The notes under the pieces are model-generated. The model saw only the letters and a list, made by a program, of their open reading frames with translations. It ran no database searches and had not been told where the DNA came from. The position numbers and the translations under genes are program-made. DNA of 64,000 bases. Origin: Veleropilina oligotropha. Lineage: Eukaryota. The stretch spans positions 124,001 to 188,000 of the forward strand of contig JBEUKZ010000115.1 of assembly GCA_048128005.1 (NCBI GenBank), in the 5' to 3' direction. Numbering within the stretch: the first letter of the stretch is position 1; each line of letters opens with the position of its first letter. Positions 14,001-26,000 of the stretch are shown here, piece after piece.

Positions 14001-17000
14001 CGTTGATAAGGATATTGTTGTATTTGTACCCCATCCACAGTGGCAGGCTCTACTTTGACCTGACTGCCATCGTTGATAAGGATATTGTTGTATTTGTACC
14101 CCATCCACAGTGGCAGGCTCTACTTTGACTGCAGGCCCCACCTTGACTGGCCGCCATCATTGATAAGGATATTGTTGTATTTGTACCTCATCCACAGAGG
14201 CAAGCCCTACCTTGACTTGGCTGCCATCGATGATAAGGATAGTTTTGTTTGTGTCCCCCATCCACAGTGGCAGACCCTACCTTCACCCGGCTGCCATCGT
14301 TGCCTAACCTTAACCTCGCCACTATTGGTGCCCTACCTTGACCTGGCTGCTATCGTTGATGAGGATGTTCGCGCAGCGGAGATCTCGATGCAGTAATGGC
14401 GGCTTGATGGAGTGGAGGTGAACCATACCGTCTACAGTCTGCTGGCACTGCGAACGAGAGAGACACTCAGGTTGCATACAGTCATTAAGCAAAGCGAGAT
14501 CTAAATTTGATTGAATTATTTACCAAATACGGGTACATGTAAGTTGACACAAACACAATTCAATAAAAACTTGAAAGTCACCAAAGGTAAAAGTGACATA
14601 AACCAAACCAAGTAAATATTTCATGTAAATATACAAATATCTTGGTTGTTTCACAATACTGTTTTAAGACAGTTGAGAAGATGTTGTTATTGGTTCCAAG
14701 AAATGTCATGATAAAAATGTTTTACTCACTTTGGAACAGAAGTTTGAAACGATTACGACGTTTCGACCGCTCAGCTAGCAGTCTTGGTCACGTAATGATG
14801 TTGGTTGCCGTCTACCACAGCCTGTTTTCTGAGCGCCCCACACGGCAACCAACATCATTACGTGACCAAGACTGCTAGCTGAGCGGTCGAAACGTCGTAA
14901 TCGTTTCAAACTTCTGTTCCAAAGTGAGTAAAACATTTTTATCATGTTTTAAGACAATTTTTGGTAATTTTTCAGCCATATCGTAGTTGGGACACCTGGT
15001 TTGAGGTCTCGCTCCGATCTGACCGACATACATTAAGGATATGCCTTCTATTATTTTAAGCAGTAGAAAGAACCGCCGCTGGTCTCGAAGCTGGGACCAA
15101 CTTACAGCTAACCACTCACTCGCTGATGCCGCTATGAAGATCTTGAGTTAGCACCTAAGATACTCAGATATGTTGAGATCCCAATTATATGTCAAGATGA
15201 ACTTTTATTTCACTGTACACTTTGATTAAATATCTGTTTGAAGGATGGGCAACATGCCAGTGATTTGGGCTTTCATCTTACCGTCCCACTTAATGTTCTT
15301 CAGAAGTATAAACAGTTGAGGAATCAATGACACTTACTTCATAATCAGAGGATAATGCTAATATTCCAGTATTAAATTACTGTTCACATGAAATCACTCC
15401 ATATTTACCCTTGCCTCTGGAAGAGAAGCGAGGTTATGGCAATCGGTTCCGTATGTATGTATGTATGTCCGTATATTTGTTTGTATGTATGTCCATTCGC
15501 ATAACTCGAAACTATTGATCCGATTTATTTGAAATTTTTACACAAGGTAAGGATTCTCCCTGGCTCGGTCCTCCTCGAAGATGGTCCGGATTATGACCCG
15601 GTTTCGGATTTTACGACGCAATATCCGGTTTACAAGTTTTAGGCTGTAGCATTAAATGCTTCATCGTACAAACATCTAAATAGGCTAAAAATGTTCTATA
15701 GATCAGGGGCCAATGACAACATGAATTATATAAAATCTATCTCACACAAGATGGCTGCCAGGGGGATTTAAAATTTTAACAAGAGCTAAAGCTCGAAAAT
15801 GCACATCAATCATTTATAGTCCATAAGTATTAAAAGAATATTCCAGTGTAATTCTGCACTAAGTTCATTAAAAATAAAATGCATGTGTTATAACTAATAC
15901 AAAAAACAGATTTTACATGCGAATTTTATGTTAATATGCAATACTTCGCTAAAAGTCGATACAGCACCATTCTACACATCACGCGGAAGCTGACATGTTT
16001 AGTCTCGGAATCGCAACGAGAGTGGGAAATTACAGGATTTTGACGTCATCGACACACCATATGCGATGCCAAACGTGGTGTGTTAATGATATATATATGC
16101 CAACTTCGCTCGCAGAACATCATGCCTGTCTGCCAAGCTTGTGGTGCAACACTAGGAAAGATCGAGGAAAATATGTTACAGGTTTTGGAAAAAAGTATTT
16201 TCAAATTCCAAACCCATGGAAGTATTCTGAAAAAAGGAACTGGCCGACCGATGGTTGCATAATATTGGAACCGGCTGGAGCTCTTTGACATTCAAGTTTG
16301 ACATTCAAGTTCGCCAAACATAAGATAAGCCCGTATTCAGAACGGTAACTTTAATTACTGAACCATAAATATACGGTATGCGAGAATAAAAATGTTTATT
16401 AATAAAAAACATCACGGCACTCTCAAGTAAAAGCATGTTTTATTCTGGCCTTCTGACTTTAGGTAGTTCATTTAGAACGATTTCATTGTTAGGGTTGTTA
16501 GCTTAAATAGAGGTATTGTTATCGTTTGCTTTTAATGTAATAAAACTGTTTTAAAGGAATAAAATACTAATACTGTAATAACGTATGGCATATTACACAC
16601 TCAAATTGCATTTTTGCGTTCTGCATAAATACTTTTGCAAATTAACGCGGCGTAACTTTTATTTACTCTTTTCACCCTCATGTTTAATAGTGGAATATTC
16701 CTCTCTGAGATCCGCCACTTTTCCCGAGCATGTATCCATTACGTTTTAATAACCATTTATCCAAGCCTTCACTGGTGTGTTGATGACATCATTTTCTTGG
16801 AGAATATGGCAGCTTCCAGGCATTGAAGAACAATCGCATTATTTTTCCTTTTATAGAAAATAAAGTTGCTCCATTATGGCCAAATTGCCACTAATTAATG
16901 ATAATTTTCAGTAGTATGATGCGATATTATTTTCTAATTTCTAAGACCAAAAGTGGTAATTTACAGGTATATTTCAATTAAATGAAATTAAACTAGTTAT

Positions 17001-20000
17001 CACAGGAGTGATCATATGCGTGACAAGTAGGTCGCAGTGACCTACTTTCGGTATGCGACACACCTTTGTGTTATGATGCGCCCACACAGCAAATTTCGTG
17101 TCCTTAGGTCAAATAGTATGGGAGATATGGAGCAAAGGGAATTTTGGACCAAATGCGGTTAAGCATGAAAATAGGTCACAGTGACCTATTTTCAGGACGA
17201 GACACATCTTTGGGTTATGACACAAGTTTCGTGTCCCTCGGTCAAATAGTAAGGGAGATATTGAGCGGAAGGGAATTTTGGACCAAGTGCGGTCAAGTGT
17301 TAAAATTCACGGTGACCTACTTTCGGTGCGAGACTCCTTTGGGTTATGATGCAACCACAAATCAAGTTTCTTGTCCCTAGGCTAAATAGTATCAGAGATA
17401 TGGAGCGGAAGGGAATTTGCAACAGACCGACCGACAGACAACTCGACTCCTATATGCCCCCCCCCCCTTAACTTCGTTTGTGGGGGCATAATGACAATGA
17501 AATAATGATATCTGACAAAGAGAGATGCAAAAATATGCCTATTGATGCACATATAGTATGCTTGAGAAACTTTAACCAAAAACTTTAACAAATATTTCTA
17601 AGTTCAAAATTGACATTTTATAGTGAAATTTAAATTAAATTACCTTCAATATTATCTATTTAGGGTCAGGTAACAATGAAATACTGATATCTGGCACATA
17701 AAACATGCATATTGTTGCTTATATAGCACGATTGAGAAACTTTAACCAAAAACTTTAACAGGAGAACCATGCAATTGTTGATGCCGGTCGGACGGCCGGA
17801 CGACGGACGAACGACATGCTCATTACATAGACTTGCATATGCGTTGCACGCGTGCCAAAAATAGGGGGTCAATTTGTAATTTTGCCAAATCGAATTAAAT
17901 TACGTGAATTCGTTATGCAAATCATAGTCATGATGAAATGATATTGATATCAGAAAAACTATTTAGAAATCATTTTAGAAATCAACCAACGCAAATTGCA
18001 AATAAATGCCGTAAATATGTAACCACTGAAACCAGACACCTCAAATTTTAACAAGTGACAGAGTGGGACATTATCTACAACTCGTATCAATATACTTTGT
18101 GTTTGAGCGAATTTGTAGCAATAATATTTGTTCCGAAGTCAAAATCGTCGAGACGTTGCGATATTTGTGATAGCTCTTTAAATACTGCTACTGCCGTGAT
18201 ATAATTTACACCATTAAGCAAGGTTACCGTAATCTATCTTTCTTGAAAATTTCAGGTATATCGCTTTGGTAACTATCGAGTTATTGCGAGTTAAGTATTG
18301 TCAACTTCGGCAAAATTTGCCAATACAAAAATGTAACACAAAATATAAATAGCAGAGGTAGATCTTCCCCCAAAATTGTGCTACACAGCACCACAAATGC
18401 ATATCTGGTATCCCGCAAAAATAACTGGTATCCCGTAATTTAAAGCATTAATTTAATTTTATTTGGACCTAAAAATCTATATACCACAATCAAACATTTA
18501 CTTAATTTGCAACCCTCAAAGTTACCATTTGAATTTCCTGTCATTGTCCACGAGGTCCGGACAATAAGCATCGGTCATAAAATTATTTTTATTAATATTA
18601 GGAACATTATTATTGATTCATTGACTTTTACTTTAAAAACTTTGCTAAAAAGTAATAATTTAAAATCACGACAAATGAATAACTTTTTATTAACATTTTG
18701 TTTCCGACAATATACTTTCATCATGCTTTCGATTATTAAACATGTGTTATTTAATTTTATAAACTATTATTTTACCAGAATGTCTTTAACACACCAATTT
18801 ATTATCCATAAACAATTAATTTCTCCTAAGAATCCAGAATTCATTTCAAAGCTGCCGACAGAAACATTCACAAACAACATGGCTCCTTACCCTAATATTA
18901 CAGACCCAGTATAAATATCATGTCATTTTAATTGCAGAAACATTTTATAATTATTAAATATCATTACATACCGGTGTCTGTTTAACTAGAACGTCAAAGC
19001 CGTGAAATGGCTCGCATGACTCATATATTTCTATAGTACTGTAGCCATCCCAGCTCTAAAACAACCAAAGTAATATAATGTTCTACGACGTTGGATTCAC
19101 CATTATAACCCTTCGTATGCGACTCCCGTATATATGTGGGCCCATGCCCTTCCCTGTACGCGGCTCACATATAAGTATACAGTCAAAATATAGTGCCCTA
19201 AAAACTACATGCAGAGTCAAAATAAACTCCACACAGGAAAGGTTAAGAAACCAATATATTTTGACAAGCAGACTGCAAAAGTCTTAATACACATATTTTA
19301 TTATTAAGTGGAAGCATAAATTTGTTGATTTATAGTATTGCATGGCTCTGTGATAATAGTGACCAAGATAAAATGTTAATCAGCAACATTGAATTATTGG
19401 AATCTTCAAAACAAAATGGCCACCACGGCGGCCATCTTGAATCCGAAAACGACAAAAATCGTTAGGAGCTGTGTCCTCATCATAATGGACGTGCATACTG
19501 ATTTGGAATCAAATCAGAATAGAAGACTTCACTGTAGAGTGGGTACAAGAAATTTCTTCAAAACAAAATGGCCACCACGGCGGCCATCTTGAATCCGACG
19601 AATATCGTTACACGGCGTGTCATCATAATGACTAACGTCCATACCGAATTTGAATGAGATCGGATAAGAACTTTCCTCTATAGAGCGCACACAAGAAAAC
19701 TCTTCAAAACAAAATGCCCACCATGGCGGCCTTCTTTAAGAAAAACGACGACAATCGTTAGGTGGCATGGCGTCATCTTAACTCATCAACATGCACACCG
19801 AATTTGAATCCAATAGGATTATAAATTTTCATTGTCGAGTGCAAACAAGAAATCTATTCAAAACAAAATGTTTACCAGGGCAGCCATCTTGAATCTGAAA
19901 ATCGATAGGTATCGTGTCCTCATCATACCAAAAGTGTATATCTAATTTGATTGAAATAGGATAAGAACGTTTTAATATAGAGCTCACAGAAGGTATACTT

Positions 20001-23000
20001 TCAAAACAAAATGACCACCACGGCAGCCATCTTGAAACCAAAATGACAAAAATCATTAGGAGGTGTATCCTCATCATAATGAATGTGCATACAGATTTTG
20101 AATCAATCAGAATAGAACTCTTCACTGTAGAGCGGATACAAGAGATATATTCCAAATAAAATGGCCACCACAGCGGCCATCTTGAATCTGAAAACGACAA
20201 AAATCGTTAGTCTGCGTGCCCACATCATAACGAACGTGCATACCGAATTTGAATGAAATCAGAATAGAGCACACTGTAGAGCAAACACAAGAAATTTCTT
20301 CAAAACAAAATGGCCACCACGGTGGCCATGTTGAATCCGAAATCGAAAAAATCGTTAGGCGGTGTCCTCATCATAATGAACATGCATACTGAATTTGAAT
20401 CATATCTGGATAGAAGTCTTCACTGTAGAACAGACACAAGAAATTTCTTCAAAACAAAATGGCCACCATGGCAGCCATATTGAACGCAAAATCGACCAAA
20501 ATCGTTAGACGGCATGTCCTCATCATAATGAACGTGCATACTGATTTTGAATCAAATCAGAATAGAACTCTTCACTGTACAACGGATACAAGAAATATCT
20601 TCGAAACAAAATGGCCACCACGGCAGCCATCTCGAATCCAAAAACGAGTTAGTCGGCGTGTGCACATCATAACGAACGTGCATACCAAATTTGAATGAAA
20701 TCGGAATAGAACTCTTCACTGTAGAGGACACACACATGAAAACTAACTTGCATACCGAATTTGAATCAAATCGGATTAGAACTTTTCACTGTAGAGCGGA
20801 CACAAAAAACTTTAACCTAAAATTCACATAAACTTCTATGTCCAAAGAGACCATCATATTTTCATTAATTATATAAAATTGTATTAAATATCATTGCCAG
20901 AGCATCAGATGATATCCATATATTAAACCTATAACAAAGCATACATACACTAAAAAGTCCCGTGGAACACCCATATACACTCAACGAAAAACTTTAACCA
21001 AACTGTTGATGCCGGACGGTACAGAAACAATATGCCCTTTCGCCTTCGGCGCGGGCATTAAAATTGCGACGTAGACATGGCTGTGTTAAAATTTTATTTG
21101 ACAAGTTACAGTATACCACATGCCATGCACTATGTACATAAGCACACATACTATTATGTTAATCAAATTCAACGGAAAAGTTTGACCAAAACTTTAACAA
21201 AATATTTTTTAAATTCAGAACTAGCATTTTGAAGTATAATTAGATTTAAATTACATGCAATATTAGTGTTATAGTGTCGTGTAGCATTGGAGAAGAATAA
21301 AAATGATGATAAAGAGTGCACATGTTTGCCTATATTGAAAAGCATTATTTAAAACTTTATCATTCAATATTTCTAAGTCCAAAAGCAGCAATTTGAAGTA
21401 AAATTTTATTTAAATTACATTCAATATTACTGTTATAGTGTTGTGCAACATGGTAATAGACATATATCTATAATAAAAAGAGAGCACATGGTTGCCTATA
21501 TAGCATGATTGAAAAACTTTAACATTCACAGCGGAGAGCCAGACAGACAGACGGACGGACATCATCATTACATAGGCCTGCATCTGCTTTGCATGCAAGT
21601 CATACATAGAAAGCATGAAGAGAGTGTAACATTGATAAAAAACTTCAACATTTAACTTTATAAAATTTCCCAAGTTAAAATCTCAAATAATTTCTATTTT
21701 TGAGATAAATTAGATTTAATTTACCTTACATAATACTGCTCTGGTGGCATGGGATATTGAAATAAACATATCTAATGTTCAATGATGCTAAAAAGTTTCA
21801 ATGTCAGGTATTATATAGCATCATTGAAAAACTTTAACAAAATAATTTCTATGTCCAGAAGTATCACTTTTGAAGTAAAATTTAATTTAAATTACATTCC
21901 ATATTACTGTCATAGTGTAGGGCAATATTGCAGTAGACATTATGTCAAATAATACGATGATAAAGAGTGCACATGTTTGCCTATATATAGTATTATTGAA
22001 AAACTTGAACATTTAAAATGTCTTAAGTCCAAAATCAGCATTTTGAAGGAAAATTGTATTTAAATTACATTCAATATTAATAGTGTAGTGTTCTGCAACA
22101 TGGGAATAGACATATCTACAATACAATTATGATAAAGAGAGCACAGGATTGCCTATATAGCATAATTGAAAAACTTTAACATTCACTGCGGACGGCCGGA
22201 CAGACGGCCGGACGGCCGGACGGAAGGACGGCCGGACGGACGGACCTCATCATTACATAGGCTCGCATCTGCGTTGCATGCGAGCCAAAAATGAAACAGT
22301 CAAAAATAATTAATATACATAATATTTAAAATTAGGGTAAATATTGACATTTTTATTTCTACTATGTTCCTTACTGATTGAGGTAACCCTGTTTATCAGC
22401 CAATGAGAACTGTGCATTTAATTTTCTGCTGTATTACTATTTATGTTGGTGACATGTGCTTTCTCCAAGCTAATCCAATAACAAAAGAAGTTAATTGACA
22501 CGGGACTGTTCAACAAGGAGAGACAATAGTAGTCTTCTGTCAATAAAGCATTTACTGATGGAGTGCAATGCATGACATTAACAAAGCATTGAATGGTGAA
22601 AGCTGATATCAAGGCACTAATTGATGGTCGCCAACGGTAAATATGGGAAGCTTGTTCACACCTTCTGGGTACGTTTTCACAAGCCAGTTATAACATAATT
22701 AGGTTTTTTGTTTTGTTGATAGGCGATTAGAAATTGAAAGTTAATTAGGGTATTGTTTCAAGTGGACAATGGGTGAATGGACTTTGCAAGTTAATATGGT
22801 CTTTTGAATATTTCGTTCCCAAACGGTTTACTGGCAAGTGGATAGTGGTAATCCATTTAGATATCTGGTAACTTCGGGTTACCGGATTACCGTAAAGGTC
22901 GACCCCTGAATAGCCTAAATCTGACTTTCACCATCGTCTTCCTTGGCCCCGTGGCGAGGGTTTGCAATCTCCTCTGATTGCTCTTGTTACTTACTATTTT

Positions 23001-26000
23001 TACACGGGTTGGCCATGATATCGAGCTGCCGTCTCGACTGATGAAGTCTTTGACAGAAGTTCCTTCAAAGTACTCAGAAATAATATATGGCAGGCTCACG
23101 TCGTCCAAGCACATTCCAATCACAGCTATAATATTGCGATGCCGCTGGCGACTAAATGAAAACAATTAATCCGACAGTTAAAGGTTATGTTAACATTAGC
23201 AAGTGTATAACAATGATGATCTCATTCATAATTTTTATCTCTAATCGTGGAAGACCAGCAATGGCACTCATATTCTGATGTCACTATTCTACAGTGACAT
23301 GTGACCGTCACATGCTTGTTGGGTACCATCTGTATATAACTGGTCCTTAATGAAATTCGGAGTCTCTAATATTTATAATTACCGCCAAGGCAGGTATTTT
23401 GAAAATCTTGATATCTGGTAACCACTGCTTGAGACTGGTAATGATTATTGAATGCGACCTTCACTGTTGTCGGGTGCATCATCTAGTTGATCCCAAGTGA
23501 GTCGCGGTCATTCAATTTAATAATGGCCGCCAAGACCAAAGACTTGACAATTGTCAATTTTGTTCGTTATAGTACTAATCCCAAGTGGCCGGGCACATGG
23601 AAAATTCGGAGCCGTCTGGTATTAAACACAACTGAAATGGCAGACATTTTGAAAGTCTTCATATCTCTCCTCCTCCAAAACTTAAATTACTCAAGACCTT
23701 AATAATAATATTAATAATGGATATTGTGCCTTTCTATGGTTTCTCAAAGTGCTACATCACTATTATTCACTGGTTACCAGCCAGTTCTGTTCGAGATTTT
23801 ATCTCCACCCTCTCTCTGAGAGTATTACAGTCGAGCTGCCATTTATAGGCACATCAGTCTTATCATTCTGACAAGTTCCGTCACTGCCAACCAGGTACCC
23901 ACTTAGATCTCAGATCGGCTGAGTGTAACTGAGGCACATATATATGCTTATTCCTTGCCCATGGGAAATCGCCGGGATTGAACCCTAAACCTCTAGATGA
24001 GAAGCCAGTGCAACTACCACTGAGCCATGGCGACAAATATATATAACTTTAGACATGAAAGTAGTGGTTGTCCACTTATCAAATGATATTTTCATTAATA
24101 TTGGCTGCCGTCATTTAGTTGGGAACTGACCTAATAAAGCTAATTTCGTTTTTCATCCAGCTGACGAGTTCATCCGTCATCAACTGCTCGTGTCCTCCCA
24201 TCGTTATCCGCTTCAACGTCACCGTGTTGTCGTTCCACCATGCCACATATGTGTCCCCAAACGTCCCACCACCCAACCTGCATCACAGAAAAGATGTCAG
24301 CTATAAGTATACTGTCAGCAAATATTTTTGCCAGAGAATGTATCACATTGTGATTAATCTAAAGTCAAGGTACGTTCATTTTAAGAAGCTAAAATTTGCA
24401 TGGTACATGCCAATACCTTTGCTTCATTGACAGTTCTGAGTGAGGAATACAATAATCTTCTAGCACTGGAACGGTGTGTTTTTTCTTGGAATGCGATTCA
24501 TAATCCAAGAATGTCGTCGCAGGCTGATTGTGGCGGTTTAAACTTTTCTCCAAACTGTTGGACAAGCGAGGTGTGGCAGACTGAGAGTGCAGACCTGGAT
24601 GGATATAAAAGTGAGATAACATTACAATGGATACAAATCAATCTCAAAGCAATAACCTGTTATATGCCGCCATGGCTCAGTGGTAGAGCACGGGCCTCTC
24701 ACCGAGAGGTTTCGGGTTCAATACCCATCGCGGTGCATTCCCTTGGGCAAGGAATAAGCATATATGTGCCTCGGTTCACCAAGCAGACTTAAGTGAGTAC
24801 CTGGTTGGCGTGCTAATTAGTCGTAGCGCTTGCTAGTGGCTGCTTGACTGTAATACTCTCAAAGAGAGCGGAGATGGATCCATGATCAGAACAGGCCGAT
24901 AAAAACCAGGGATAATAAATTGTGACAGCATCTTTGAGTATATATATATATATATATATATATGGATACAGCGCAATATAAATCTCCAATTATTATTATC
25001 ATTATAAAGTTGCTGAACCCGGATCAGTTCCGTAAAAATGGGATTTAACACCAATTTAATATAATCTGACACTTTCTGTACGAGTTCTTTGCATAAAGTT
25101 ATAATGGTTTAGAGATGATCATATCTTGACAGCGCTACCTGCTGTATATCAGCTCTCACCTGGCAGCTTGAAGTAGTTGCGTAATGGCGCCTGCTTGCTG
25201 TAACACATCGCGGCGATGACCGCCGTGAGAAGCAGCAGCCCAATCACGACCCCCACCACGATCAGGAGAAACACGCCGTCCGGGTACGACTCGCTGATTT
25301 CCACATCTATAACGATCGAATTCTCTATTTGTTTTAATTTTACGAGTAATTTTTAGTTTTACGACCACATTTTTGACAATTTTTCAGTCGTAGCTGTAGC
25401 AGACACCTCTGTTTAAATTCTCATTATGGAGGACGGAAAACAGGTTTTATAGCCATCCATTCTATTGTGTTAGAATTAGTTGGCAACATTGTTTTACGAC
25501 CATTTTTAGCCATTTTTCAGGTGTATCGTAGTCAGGACACCCGGTTTAAGATCTCACTCTGATCTGACCAACATACATTAGGGATATGCCATCTATTAGT
25601 TTTAAGTGTTAGAATAGCAACGCCGGAGCGGGGGTTTGAACCCAATTCCTACCGTCCCACTTATCGTTTTTCCGACACTCCACCAGTTGAGCTATCGAGG
25701 ACGGTGTGTTAGAATAAGTCACACTGGAAAGGGAAGAGAGCCCTCATCCTACCGTCCCATTTTTTTCCGACACTCTACAAGTTGAGCTATCGACGACAGT
25801 TGGATATTGATCGAAGGATCTTATGGCAAAATTATCTACTGGAACATGGTGCACGTTAGTGACCAAGTCAAGCATGAATTTTCTATTTTGAACAGGTACT
25901 AGACTTTGGGAATATTTCTTCCAACCTGATGCTGAATTCGTTAAGATGGATCCTCTAACCTTTCGATTCAGCCAAGGTCACAGCGGAACTGTTGTCGCAT

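Noticed and set aside
11952..14370. CRISPR array or repetitive protein-coding ORFs (many 60-107 aa ORFs in the track)
   Set aside because: Units are contiguous with no unique spacers, there are no cas genes, and the context is a eukaryotic intron. The ORFs are frame artefacts of 70/88-bp units.
24666..24740. tRNA gene (also 23960-24034, 33830-33930, 39252-39310)
   Set aside because: A/B boxes are present, but there is no intact cloverleaf and each continues into a SINE body and tail.
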